Below, piece after piece: positions 48,962-60,889 of a stretch of DNA of 64,000 nt. The position numbers and the translations under genes were made by a program. Within the stretch, counting starts at the first letter, position 1. Each line of letters opens with the position of its first letter. Below the pieces are notes generated by a model. That model searched no databases, was not told where the DNA came from, and was given only the letters and a program-made list of their open reading frames with translations. The DNA comes from Alphaproteobacteria bacterium (GTDB lineage Bacteria; Pseudomonadota; Alphaproteobacteria; UBA6615), in assembly GCA_965261585.1 (NCBI GenBank), contig CBDHDN010000078.1, forward strand, positions 5,640 to 69,639. Direction: 5' to 3'.

Positions 48962-49270
48962 CCCGATGTGGCGGCGCCGATCACCCACAGGCCGAAGGCG
49001 CCCATGGACAGGCCCTTGAGCAGCGCCGTCCCGGCGCGCGCGCAGGCCCATGGACAGCACGAACAGGGTGATGGCGTAGTTCGCCGAATCGCCCAGGAAG
49101 TCCAGCGCATCGGCCTGCAGGGAGACCGAGCCGGCGATCAGACCGGCAACCGCCTCGACGACGAACATGGTGGCGTTGACGGCCAGCGCCAGCCACAGGA
49201 CGCAGCGGTAGCGCGTGTCCGTCGTGGCCGCGCCGTCGGTGTCGTCCGGGCAATGGGTACAGCCGGCCAC

Positions 49271-49639
49271 TCAGGCCTCGTCGCCGCCGTCGGCCGGCTC
49301 GCCGACATGGGCGACCATGTCGGCAATGACGCAGCGGATGTGGTCGTCCGCCGCCGAATAGTGGATCTGCTTGCCGTGGCGCTCACCGCGCAGAACGCGG
49401 GCCGCGCGCAGCAGCCGCAGGTGATGGCTCACCAGCGACGGCGACAGACCGAGCCGGTCGGCGATATCGCCGACGCTGGTCGGCGTCTCGAGGCAGGTCA
49501 GGATGATGCGCAGGCGGCTGCCGTCGCCCATCAGGCGGAACATGTCGGCCAGCTCGGCCGCCTGATCTTCGCTCAGCCGGGGCAGGGCAGGGGAGGGTCG
49601 GTCTGGAGGTTCGTTAATGACATATGAACACCTGTTCAT
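49271..49639 (-). CDS. ArsR/SmtB-family metalloregulator
   Basis: 122 aa with LADMFRLMGDGSRLRIILTCL...VGDIADRLGLSPSLVSHHLRLLRAARV. Its stop abuts the CDF gene's start (operon). Confidence 0.85.
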   Translation of the reverse strand: MNRCSYVINEPPDRPSPALPRLSEDQAAELADMFRLMGDGSRLRIILTCLETPTSVGDIADRLGLSPSLVSHHLRLLRAARVLRGERHGKQIHYSAADDHIRCVIADMVAHVGEPADGGDEA

Positions 49640-49642
49640 ATG
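49621..49642. promoter_or_regulatory. perfect 10-2-10 inverted repeat CATATGAACA-CC-TGTTCATATG (candidate ArsR/SmtB operator)
   Basis: Overlaps the arsR start codon. The TGAACA/TGTTCA half-sites resemble the 12-2-12 operators described for SmtB/CzrA-type repressors. Confidence 0.5.
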
Positions 49643-49865
49643 ATACTGATATTGTCCTCCAATAGCAAGCGTGTTCTCGCCGCTATCCCATTGGTGTCCG
49701 GTTTGAGGTCGAGGCGTACCACGCCATTGGACGCGCTCGCGTTTGCAGTCATCGATCGATAGCGGGGCTCGAAAGACGGAAGCGCGTCACCCCGGCTCAA
49801 GGCAGCTCAAGGATCGCCGCTTGCGCGTGCGTTTTGCCGAAGATCGCGGTTGTTACGCTGGCCTG

Positions 49866-51215
49866 CTAGGCACCCTCGTCCGAGCTGACCCGCCCTTGCC
49901 GGGCGGCGTCGCGCAGGTCGGAGACCGCGTTGGCGTGGGCGTCGAAGCCTTCGTAGCGGGCCAGGGTGCGGGCGTGCTCGGCGAGCGGGCCGTAGCCGGC
50001 CGCCGTGACGTAGCCGATCGACGTGCGTTTCAGGAAATCGTGCACGGAGAGCGGCGAGGCGACACGCGCCGCCCCGGCCGTCGGGATCACCGCGTTGGGG
50101 CCGAGCACGAAGTTCGCGAGCGTGCCCGGGGTGTGCTCGCCGAGCAGGACCTCGCCGGCGTGCTCGATGCGGCCGAGCAGGGCGAACGGCTCGGCGGTCA
50201 GGATCTGCAGGTGCTCCGGCGCATAGTCGTTGACGAACGCGATCGCCGCGTCCGCGTCGGGCGCCAGGACGATGCCGCCGGACGCGCCGGCGAGCACCGT
50301 CGAGGCATAGTCGACGCGCTCGTTGCTCATGGCGCCCCAGTAGTCCGGCACGGCGGCGCGCGCCGCCCTCGCCACGGCCGGGCTGTCGGTGACCAGGAAG
50401 GCCGAGCTGTCGGGTCCGTGCTCGGCCTCGATGACCAGGTCGAGGGCGGCGAGGCGCGGGTTCGCGCTGCCATCGGCGAGGATGATTGCCTCGCTCGGTC
50501 CGGCCGGGACGCCGGGGTCGATGACGCCGGCCAGCACCCGCTTGGCCGCGGCGACCCAGGGGCTGCCGGGTCCGACGATCTTGGCAACCCTGGGCACGGT
50601 TTCGGTGCCGTAGGCGACGGCGGCGACGGCCTGGGCGCCGCCGCACTTGTAGACCTCGCGTACGCCGAGGATGTCGGCGGCCAGAAGCGTCGCCGCGTCG
50701 ACCGTGCCGTCGGCGCCCGGCGGCGTGACGAGAATAATACGCGGCACACCGGCGACGACCGCCGGGACCAGCGTCATCATGGCGACGCTGGGGAACGCGC
50801 CCTTGCCGCGCGGCACGTAGCAGGCGACGGACGGGATCGGCCGCGTCCGCTCGCCGGCGAAGGCGCCGGGGCGGATCTCCTTGAGCCACATCTCCTCGGG
50901 CATTTGCGCGGCGTGGAAGCGGCGGATGCCGTCGATCGCGTATTCGATGGCGGCGATGACCGCGGGCGCGAGGCCGGCCCGGGCGCGCGCGAACTCCGTG
51001 TCGCTGACGCGCAGGGCGCCCGGCGCGATCTGCGCATTGTCGAACTCGGCGGCGAAGTGGACGAGCGCCGCGTCGCCGTCGGTACGGACGCGCGCAATGA
51101 TCGGCTCGACCCCGGCGAGGTAGGGGCCGAGGTCGTCCTCGGCGCGGCTCAGCAGCGCGGCGCGTTCGGCAGCGGAGAGCTTGGCGAGCTCGTGCAGGGC
51201 GACGGGGCGTGGCAT
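49866..51215 (-). CDS. histidinol dehydrogenase family protein (HisD-like)
   Basis: 450 aa from MPRPVALHEL, with family blocks GGAQAVAA..YGT, GPGSPWVAAAK, IEAEHGPDS and APEHL. No other his genes are adjacent, so it could be a paralog with a different substrate. Confidence 0.75.
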   Translation of the reverse strand: MPRPVALHELAKLSAAERAALLSRAEDDLGPYLAGVEPIIARVRTDGDAALVHFAAEFDNAQIAPGALRVSDTEFARARAGLAPAVIAAIEYAIDGIRRFHAAQMPEEMWLKEIRPGAFAGERTRPIPSVACYVPRGKGAFPSVAMMTLVPAVVAGVPRIILVTPPGADGTVDAATLLAADILGVREVYKCGGAQAVAAVAYGTETVPRVAKIVGPGSPWVAAAKRVLAGVIDPGVPAGPSEAIILADGSANPRLAALDLVIEAEHGPDSSAFLVTDSPAVARAARAAVPDYWGAMSNERVDYASTVLAGASGGIVLAPDADAAIAFVNDYAPEHLQILTAEPFALLGRIEHAGEVLLGEHTPGTLANFVLGPNAVIPTAGAARVASPLSVHDFLKRTSIGYVTAAGYGPLAEHARTLARYEGFDAHANAVSDLRDAARQGRVSSDEGA

Positions 51216-51259
51216 GGCCGCGTAGGTAGCCCGCCCGGTTGCACCTGTCCAGGCTCGCG

Positions 51260-53094
51260 CTAGCCGCTGACCAGCCGGTGGACGTTGAGGCTGCTGCGCC
51301 GGCCGCGCAGAGTGTGCGGCCCGAGGAACGTGAGCGTCAGATCGTCCGGCGCACCGGCGGCGGTCGCCTCGCTGACCAGGACGACGCAGTCGTCGTCGGG
51401 GGCGATCTCCTTGGCCAGGCCCTGCAGACGTGACGGCGTGTTCACGGGGTCGCCGACGACGGTGTAGTTGACCCGGCTCTGCGAGCCGATGTTGCCGACG
51501 ATCACCGGGCCGGTGTGCAGGCCGGTGTGCAGGCCGACGCGCATGGCGACGACATCGCCGCCGTCGGCGCGCTGCCGCCGCATCCCGTCGGCGACGGCCA
51601 GGCATATGGCGGCGGCGGCGCGCAGGGCGCGGGCGCGGTGGTCGGTCATCGGCTCCGGCGCGCCCCAAAACGCCATGATGCTGTCGCCGATGAACTTGTC
51701 GACGGTGCCGCCCTCGGCCTCGATACAGTGCGCGATCAGGTCGAAATGGTGGTTCAGCAGGCCGGCGACCTCCGCCGGCTGCTTGTCCTCGGCCAAAGCG
51801 CTGAAGCCACGGATATCGGTGAACATGATCGTCAGCTCGCGCTCCTCCGACGCGATGGCGCGGTCGCCATGGCTCATCAGATCGAGGACCAGCCGCTTCG
51901 GCACATAGCTTTCGAACCAGCGCATGGCGCCGATCAGCGCATTGAACGCGCGCGCCGCGTTGGCGAGCTCGCGGATGCGGCTGCCGGGCAGGGGCTTCGT
52001 GTTGGCGATGTCGAGCGTCGTCAGGCGCTCCGCCGTTGCCGCCAGCAGGCCGATGCGGCCGGCGACCCGGCGCCCCAACAGCTGCGCCAGCACAAGCGCG
52101 ACAGCCAGGATCGCCAAACCGGTGCCGCCGGCGACCAGGATGCGGTCAACCTCCCGCCCCAACTCGGCCCTGTCGAAACTGAGGCCCAGCTGCCAGGGGC
52201 GGTTCCCGAAGGCGTCGGACTCGCGCAACAACACGACGCTCACCCCGGCGATCCGGATGGACGAGAACCGGTCCAGAAAGGCGTCGGGAATGCCGTCCGG
52301 CCGCGTTTCTTGGGCCTCCAAGAGCAGCAGCGCGGAATCGGCCGTCGCCGCGAGTGCCGGCAAGGGCGGCTCGTCGCCAGCGGCGCTGGGCGGGTCGTAG
52401 CCGACCAGGTCCGGGTGCGCCAATACGGCGGTGCCGTCGTAAAGGATGAAACGCCGTGAAGTCTTCGTCACGCCGCAGCGCATCGAGGAACGCGTTGACG
52501 TCCGTCAGCGCGACCAGCGCGCCGACGAGGCCAATGAACTCACCGCCGGCACCGCGGACCGGGACGACGACGTTGAGGCCGGCCGTACGCAGCGGCGGCA
52601 CCCAGATCGGCTCGGCTCAGAACGGACCGGGGGCGGCCTGCGCGGTACGAAGACGGTCCCGCCTGAACTCGATCGGTGGCCCTGGGTTGGCTTGCAGTAC
52701 ACCGTCCGGCCGGCGCCCCATCACGACGGCCTGAGCCACCCCGGTCGATGAAGATCATCCCGGTCGCCTGCGGCCGGGCAGCCAGGGCGCCGCGGAAGGT
52801 CGCGATGATGGCGCCCCGGTTCGTCGGTTCCAGCCGGCCGCCGGCGATCATTTCGCCGATTTGGGTCGCTGCCGTCATGACCGGGTCCAGCTGGCCGCGA
52901 ACACGGGTCTCCAGCAGCTGCATGCCCAGGTCGGTCTTGTCGAGCAGCAGGTCGAACGTGTTCTCGCGGGCGCTGCCGATCGCCACGTAGAGCACGCCGC
53001 CGGCAGCGAACGCGACCAGCAGAGAGACGGCACCGGCGAGCGCCGTCGCCAGGGACCAGCGCAGACGCGGCCGGATCTCGACGCGCTCACTCAT
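51260..53094 (-). pseudogene. membrane-bound class III adenylate/guanylate cyclase with HAMP-like linker, multiple frameshifts
   Basis: The cyclase domain is intact (MFTDIRGFS...GDSIMAFWGAP...RVGLHTG). The N-terminal TM/periplasmic sensor part is spread over at least 3 frames (ORFs 52540-53133, 52146-52601, 51260-52483). Confidence 0.75.
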
Positions 53095-53192
53095 GACCAG
53101 ACCCACGTCGGTTGGTGGCCTATTCGGTCGCACCCTAGCATTTGCGCAAGTGGTCGGGCCGCTGCATTCTGGGCGGCACAGGGAGGGCAGCC

Positions 53193-53498
53193 ATGACGGA
53201 GCACCTCGTGCGCGGCAAGTTTCCGCGGCCGGTCTCAGCCACTGCGGTCGTGGCGGATTGGCGGGGCCGTGGCTATTCGTGCGGACCCTTCGTCGACCCG
53301 CCGGGCCGGGAGTGGAACGACTTCGTGCATGCCACGAACGAGCTGGTGACGGTCATGGAAGGCCGCTTGGCACTGACGATCGGCGACACCCAACTGATCG
53401 TCGAGCCGGGCGACAAGGTGTTCATTCCCAACGGTGCCAGGCACTCCGTGAAGAACGTACACCACGACACGACGCGGTGGCTGTTCGGCTACGACTGA
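53193..53498 (+). CDS. cupin-domain protein
   Basis: 101 aa from MTEHLVRGKF. The cupin beta-barrel motif is ..ELVTVMEGRLALTIGD..VEPGDKVFIPNGARHSVKN. Confidence 0.7.
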   Translation: MTEHLVRGKFPRPVSATAVVADWRGRGYSCGPFVDPPGREWNDFVHATNELVTVMEGRLALTIGDTQLIVEPGDKVFIPNGARHSVKNVHHDTTRWLFGYD

Positions 53499-53515
53499 GT
53501 GGGTTGTTCCCGCCG

Positions 53516-54453
53516 TCAGGCCTGGACGCGCTGGCCGCGGCCGTAGATCAGCAGCATCGAGATGATGACGACGCCGAAGATGATCTGGCGGCCGGCCTCG
53601 GGCATCTGCATGACCGACAGGATGCTCTGCAGGATCGTGATGAGGATGACGCCGGCGACCGTGCCGGCATAGCTGCCGCGACCGCCCAGGATGTTCGTGC
53701 CGCCGAGCACGACCGCGGCGATTGCCGGCAACAGGAACGGGTCGCCCATCGCCTGATACGCCTTGGTCGTGAAACCGGCCAGCATGATGCCGGCCAGCGC
53801 GCTCGCCGCGCCGGAGAAGGCGAAGCAGAAGATGATGACGCCGCGGGTATTGACGCCCGACAGGTAAGTCGCGCTCTCGCGGTTGCCGATGGCGTAGATG
53901 TAGCGGCCCAGCGGCGTCATCTTCAGGATCAGCAAGACGATGACGCCGACCAGCAGCCAGACGAACAGCGCATTGGGGATCGGCGCCAGCGTCCGGTTGA
54001 CAGCCAGGAAGTGCATCAGGTCGGTGGCGTGGTCCTGCGGCGCGAAGCCGCCGGTGTAGAGCACCATGACGCCTTGTGCGACCACGTTGACGCCCAGGGT
54101 GAAGATCATCGAGGGAATGCGCAGATAGGCGACGCCGATACCGTTGAAGACGCCGAAGGCGAGGCCGGCGACCAGCCCGAACGGGATCGCCGCGGCCGGG
54201 TGCCACCAGCCCGCCGCGGCGGTCGACATCATGCCACCAACGGTGACGAGCCACGGGATCGACAGATCGATGTGGCCCAGCAGGATGACCATCATGGCGC
54301 CGGAGGCGACAATTCCCAGGAACGTCGCGACCTGCAGCTGCTGCAGCAGATAGGTCGGCGACAGGAAGCTCGACGAGAAGATGCTGGCCACCAGCAGCAG
54401 CACGACGATGAACCCGTAGGCGATCAGCACTGACTTGTCGACGGCCTTCAGCA
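53516..54453 (-). CDS. sugar ABC transporter permease (RbsC/AraH-like)
   Basis: 312 aa from MLKAVDKS, multi-TM, with the family block YAIGNRESATYLSGVNT. The upstream part of the 638-aa track ORF is an out-of-frame overlap with the preceding gene. Confidence 0.85.
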
Positions 54454-54462
54454 TCGTTCCGC

Positions 54463-55442
54463 CTATCCGCCGAACAATTCGAGCCGGTTGCGCACCTGCA
54501 GCACGCGGAACGCACCGAGGCTGACCGCCGAGAGCAGCACGACGCCCTGGAACAGCGGCTGCCACAAAGGCGGCAGGTCGAAGACGAACAACAAATCGCC
54601 GATCGTTGCCAGGATGAATGCGCCGAAGACCGAGCCGACGGCGCCGCCGGCGCCGCCGAACAGCGAGGTGCCGCCGATGACGACGGCGGCGGCGATCGAG
54701 TTCAGGGTGCGCAGGCCGCCGGCCGGCGCGCTCGCCTCGCCCGAGAACGTGATGAAGGTCAGCATCAGGCCGGAGATCGCCGCCAGCAGGCCGGCCAGCG
54801 TGTAGGCGGCCAGCTTCGAGCGGTTGATCCGCACGCCCGACAGATAGGCCGCGCCCTCGGCCGAGCCGGCGGCACAGCAGCCGCGGCCAAGGGTCGAGCG
54901 GCGGAACGGCAGCCAGATCAGGACGACGACCGCGAACAGCAGGACAAGCGACGTCGGCACGACGCCGAACACGGTCTCGGTCATGAAAAAGGCGAGATCC
55001 TCGTGCACGTCGCCGCCCGGGATCGGCCGGATCAACAGGGCGATGCCGAAATAGATCGCACCGGTGGCCAGGGTCACGATGATCGGCTGCAGCCGGCCGT
55101 AGACGATGATGCAGCCGTTCATGAATCCGGCCAGCGCGCCGGCGCCGAGGACACCAATAATGCCCAGCGCGACCTGCAACGGGTTGCCGATGACGATCGT
55201 CGAGGCGATGACATTCGTCAGCACCATGATCATGCCGATCGACAAATCGAGGCCTCCGGTCAGCACCGGGATCGTTTGGGCCATGCCGGTCAGTGCCGCC
55301 AGCACTGCCTTGTTCGCCGCTGTGTTGACGACGGGAACGGTCAGGCCGGCCGAGTGAAAGCCGATGAACACGCTGAACATGATGATGAACACGACGAACG
55401 CGACGAGCGCGCCATAGTTCTGGCTCAGCCACAGCCGTGGGT

Positions 55443-55446
<4 letters not shown>
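54463..55446 (-). CDS. sugar ABC transporter permease (RbsC/AraH-like)
   Basis: 328 aa from MNPRLWLSQ. Its ATG overlaps the ATPase stop (ATGA). Confidence 0.85.
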
Positions 55447-56990
<1,544 letters not shown>

Positions 56991-57060
56991 GAAACCCTCT
57001 CGTTCCGGCGCGGGAGCTTGGCGGGTGCCGCAGGCCTGCGGCACCCGCCACCACGGATTT

Positions 57061-58299
57061 CTACTGATCCGCTTCCGATTTGGCCATGATCTCAACCGCC
57101 TTGACGTTCACGCCGCACGGCGGGAACTCGTTCGGCGTGAAAAGTTATCAGTGAGATCAGGGAAGAAGTTCTCGCCGGCGACGAAGTCCGGATGCTCGAC
57201 GACCGGGATCGGCACCGACACGTATTGCGGCAGGACGTCGCCCTGCAGCGCATGGATCGCCGCCTTCAACGAGATCGCGACGAGACCCGGCGACTGGCCG
57301 GCCGACGAACAAACGAGCCCGTCCGCGGCGTGCTGGGCGCACAGCTTGCGGAAGCCGTTTTTCGGCCTCACCGGCCACCGGCACAAACGGATGGCCGGCG
57401 TCGATAAACGCGCGCACCGCGCCGGTCGAGCCGCCCTGGACGAACATGCCGGCGAAGCGCCCATGCACGGCCAATGCGTCGGCCGTCACCTTCTGCGCCG
57501 TGCCGTCGTCCCAATTGCCGACGACCTCGATGATCTCGAAATCGTTGCCCGACGCTTCGACGATCTCGCGGAAGCCGAGGTGCCGGTCGCGGTCGACGGA
57601 GTTGCCCTGCAGGCCGCGCACTTCAAGGATCTTGCCGCTGTTGCCCACGTTCTTGGTGATCCAGCGGCCCATGATCCGGCCGATCTCGAGCTGGTCCTCG
57701 TTGACCTGGAGCACGTCTTCGGTGTCCAGCACGTTGTCGAACGGGATGAGCACGACACCGGCCCGGTTGGCGCGCCGGATGACCGGACCGAAGGCGGTCG
57801 GGTTGACGGCGATCGTCAGGATAGCGTCGAAGCCGGAGTTGATGAAGTTGTCGATGGCCGCGACCTGGTCCGACACGTCGGTGCCGGTCGAGACGATCTT
57901 CAACTCCTCGAGGAACGGCGCCACCTCAGGCTGCTCGGAGTAGGCCTTCAGCGTCTTGATCATCTGAATGCGCCAGGTGTTGCCGACGAAGCCGTTCGCC
58001 AGGGCGATGCGATAGGGCGGCTCCTTCCTCGCGAACTGGAAGAACTTCGTGCTGTCCGAGAAGGCCGCGAAGCACTGCGGCAGCGCCGGCGGGCCGGAGA
58101 CGATCTCCGGGCCGGCCGCAAGCGACGGCGTAGCCAGCGCTACGGCCGAGATCGCCGCGGCGGCCGCTGCACCCAAGATGGTTCTAACTAGTGCACTGAC
58201 TCAGTCAGAGTCGTCACAGTGGAAACCTGATTCTGAATACAAAACAACGGGTTGCTCCAGCGCACGGTGAATCATTTGTCTGGATCGGTGCACTAGCAT
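57061..58299 (-). pseudogene. sugar ABC periplasmic binding protein disrupted by a MITE in codon 2 and two homopolymer frameshifts
   Basis: The ancestral start is ATG at 58299 with a GGACGAAAGG RBS. With the MITE removed it reads MLVRTILGAAAAAAISAVALATPSLAAG. Frameshifts lie at an A5 run (about 57365) and a T4 run (about 57140). The true C-terminus is ..VKAVEIMAKSEADQ*. Confidence 0.8.
58191..58293. mobile_element. 103-bp MITE with IS630-type termini and TA target duplication
   Basis: The ends GTGCACTGACTCAGTCAG... and ...GTCTGGATCGGTGCAC match the IS630 copy A/B inverted repeats. TA lies at 58189-58190 and 58294-58295. It has no coding capacity. Confidence 0.85.
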
Positions 58300-58458
58300 A
58301 CCTTTCGTCCCCCCTGTCGTTTGCGTTCGCCGATCGAAATCGGGACACCGTTCGATGGAACGCCGTGGTGCCCCCTATGGCGCGCGCTGTTGTTATCACG
58401 CGGCGCAGATGGTGCCGACAATTGCGCTTATCCGTCAACAGCGCGGCAATCAAATGGC

Positions 58459-59532
58459 TTACAGCCGTGGCCGCACCGCTTCGGCGAACAACCGCATCGA
58501 CCGCCGCCACAATGTCTTGTCGTCCCAGTCGTGGCCGGCGAGCAGCAGCGTCCCGAACGGCCCGGTCTCCTCGCGCACCGCTGCCAGCTTGGCGACGACT
58601 GTGTCAGGGCTGCCGGCGATGACGATGTTGTCGAACAGATAGTCGATCGTCACGTCCGCGTCCGGGGTGTCTTCCTCGACCTTGAGGATGCGGCCCTGGC
58701 CGCCGTCGTTCATTTGCTTCTGGAGGTAGTGGAAATAGAAGCGGAGCCCGCAGTCCGGTCGCGCCAGATAGGCCGCGGCCTCGGCGTCGGTCTCGGTCAC
58801 CAGGATCGTGCGGGCGACGCTCCAATCGGCCGGGTCGGCGGCGCGGCCGGCGGCCTCGCAGCCGCGCTCGTACATCGTCCAATGGGTCGCGGCGTTGCGG
58901 GCCGGGACGAAGTTCGGCGAGATCGCCCGCCAGCCGCGCTCGCCGGCCAGCTTGGCCATGCCGGTGTAGAGGCCCATCACCGACAGTGCAATCGGCGGGT
59001 GCGGCCGCTGCACCGGCTTCAGCATCTGGCCGACGCCGTGCTCATGGTCGACCTTGTCCGTCAACGAGATGTCCCAGAACTTGCCCTTGAGGGACCACGG
59101 CGGCTCGCCCGACCAGATATCGAGGATCATCTCGATCGACTCGATCATCATGTGGCCGCGGTCCTCGCTTGCGAGCGTCTTGAACATCTCCATGTCGGAG
59201 CCGAGGCCGCCGGGCCCGATGCCCATCAGCAGGCGGCCGCCGCTCAGATGGTCGAACAGCGCGCATTGCCCGGCGACGACCGCCGGGTGATGGTGCGGCA
59301 GCGCCAGCACGCCCGGGCCCAGCTTGATCTGCTGCGTGTGATGGACCAGCGTCGACAGGAACATCAGCGGCGACGTGATCGGTTCCGGGTTGGCGGCGAA
59401 GTGCTCGCCGACCCAGGCCTCCTCGAAGCCAAGCTCGTCGGCCAGGATTATCGCCTCGCGGTCCTCGTCCAGGGTCGTCGAGAGATCGCGGCCGACACCG
59501 TGCAGCGGCATCATGAACAGGCCAACGCGCAT
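58459..59532 (-). CDS. LLM-class (luciferase-like) flavin-dependent oxidoreductase
   Basis: 357 aa from MRVGLFMMP with a GGGGAGGGG RBS. Family blocks are LGFEEAWVGEH and GRLLMGIGPG. Confidence 0.8.
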   Translation of the reverse strand: MRVGLFMMPLHGVGRDLSTTLDEDREAIILADELGFEEAWVGEHFAANPEPITSPLMFLSTLVHHTQQIKLGPGVLALPHHHPAVVAGQCALFDHLSGGRLLMGIGPGGLGSDMEMFKTLASEDRGHMMIESIEMILDIWSGEPPWSLKGKFWDISLTDKVDHEHGVGQMLKPVQRPHPPIALSVMGLYTGMAKLAGERGWRAISPNFVPARNAATHWTMYERGCEAAGRAADPADWSVARTILVTETDAEAAAYLARPDCGLRFYFHYLQKQMNDGGQGRILKVEEDTPDADVTIDYLFDNIVIAGSPDTVVAKLAAVREETGPFGTLLLAGHDWDDKTLWRRSMRLFAEAVRPRL

Positions 59533-59623
59533 GTCCCCTCCCCGTTCGCTTGTCATTCGACGGCCGGCCGGCCGATGCGATCATGCATCATGCGACGAAC
59601 AGCGGCGCCTCGCCACCGTGCCG

Positions 59624-60280
59624 TCAGCCGGCGGCGGCACGGACGCGCGCTGCTACGGCCGCTGGGTCGATACCGGCGGCGCGCATCTTGACGGCCGCCT
59701 GGTCCTTCACCGCGGCGCAGAGCGCGGCAAGGAACGGGTCATGGGCGCAATGGCCGTCCATCTTGGAGTAGACGAGGTCGTACTCGACGGGCTCCCAGGT
59801 TTCCAGATCGGCGAGATTGTGCTGGATCTGGACCTCGAGATTGTCCAGCGCACCGGCGAACCTGGCCTCGGGCGTCGCGCGCGCCTCATACTCGTGCCAC
59901 AGGGCGGCGATCTCGTCGCCCACCGGCGGGCCGGCCATGGCCCGGATCGTCTCGATTGCGGCGCGCTCGCGGGCTGGCTTCTCCTGATTGGCGGTGCCGG
60001 TTGCAAAGAACGGCACGTCGCCGGCCTCGGCCTCGACGAGGTCGTGCACGATGATCATTTTCAGCGTGCGCTCCAGCGCCACCGGCGCCTCCAGGCGGTC
60101 GTGGATGAGCATCGCCATCAAGGCCATCTGCCAGGTGTGTTCGGCGACGCTCTCCTGCCGGCCGTTCGACAGCCAGCTGTGTCGGAGCTCCAGCTTGAGG
60201 CGCTCGGAGAACTGCAGGAACGCGAGGATCTGGTGGCAGGTCTCGGCGGCGGCCGGCGCGCCGACCTTGTCGAGGGGCAT
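59624..60280 (-). CDS. HD-domain phosphohydrolase (YfbR-like)
   Basis: Contains ESVAEHTWQMA...IVHDLVEAEAGD (H...HD...D metal ligands). Confidence 0.75.
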   Translation of the reverse strand: MPLDKVGAPAAAETCHQILAFLQFSERLKLELRHSWLSNGRQESVAEHTWQMALMAMLIHDRLEAPVALERTLKMIIVHDLVEAEAGDVPFFATGTANQEKPARERAAIETIRAMAGPPVGDEIAALWHEYEARATPEARFAGALDNLEVQIQHNLADLETWEPVEYDLVYSKMDGHCAHDPFLAALCAAVKDQAAVKMRAAGIDPAAVAARVRAAAG

Positions 60281-60283
60281 CGC

Positions 60284-60727
60284 TCAGGCTCCCACGTAGG
60301 CGGCAATCGCCGCCTGCAGCTCGCGGGTCTCTTCGCAGGCGCTGCAAGCCGCGGCCAGGATCGCCAGCCGCTCCCGCGCCTTGCCGGGTTCGTCGAGCCG
60401 CAGATAAAGCTCGCCGAGATATTCGTTGGCGCCGAGGTGACGGGGGTCGATCGCCAGCGCCCGCCTATAAAAAGCCAGCGCCGCTGCCGTATCGCCGAGC
60501 TGGCGACTGGCTAAGCCGAGCAGATTGTAGGTGTCGGCGTTGCGCGGCTCGATCAGCCGCGCCCGCTCGAGGACGAGGATCGCACTTTGGTGGGCGCCGG
60601 CCTCGATCAGGATAATCGCGCGCTCGAGCTCGTCCAGGCGCGTGCCATCCCGCTCCGAATCGATGGCGGCGGCCGGTCCGGCGGTCAGACCAAAGGCGAA
60701 GATGAGGGCGATCAAACGAACGCGCAT
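60284..60727 (-). CDS. secreted TPR-repeat protein
   Basis: The signal peptide is MRVRLIALIFAFGLTAGPAAA, followed by TPR-like repeats (ADTYNLLGLASRQLGDTAAALAFYRRALAIDP). Confidence 0.7.
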   Translation of the reverse strand: MRVRLIALIFAFGLTAGPAAAIDSERDGTRLDELERAIILIEAGAHQSAILVLERARLIEPRNADTYNLLGLASRQLGDTAAALAFYRRALAIDPRHLGANEYLGELYLRLDEPGKARERLAILAAACSACEETRELQAAIAAYVGA

Positions 60728-60889
60728 GGCAGAAACCTCCGAGTCCCCTTGTGCCGGTCGGCGCACGCTCCGGCACTCTGAGCGCATGGCCGTGACCTTG
60801 TCCACTGCGTCTGCTTTTGCAGCGCATCCGGCCATGGCCTAATAGTCGCGCGCGCCGCCGGCGTACGCATGGTCCATGGAGCGAAATCG

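Larger units (their letters stand above)
46766..49270 (-). pseudogene. cation diffusion facilitator (CzcD-like) gene broken by an antisense group II intron and a (CG)n frameshift
   Basis: The N-terminal exon (48962-49270) reads ..VEAVAGLIAGSVSLQADALDFLGDSANY... The C-terminal exon (46766-47090) reads YKVVAGTPPDAAVM...CSRNDEISN... The exons join in frame (VIGAATSG|YKVVAG). There is an additional frameshift near 49035 in CGCGCGCGCC. Confidence 0.75.

Noticed and set aside
11822-50000. Search for an attR direct repeat of the tRNA-Glu 3' end that would delimit the island.
   Set aside because: No copy of GGTTCGACTCCCCTAGGGGACGCCA or a long part of it was seen by eye. The right boundary is therefore only inferred, at about 45.6 kb, from gene content.
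53516-55432. 638-aa ORF spanning both ABC permease genes.
   Set aside because: The N-terminal half is an out-of-frame overlap with the upstream permease gene. The real gene starts at MLKAVDKS (54453), which has its own RBS.
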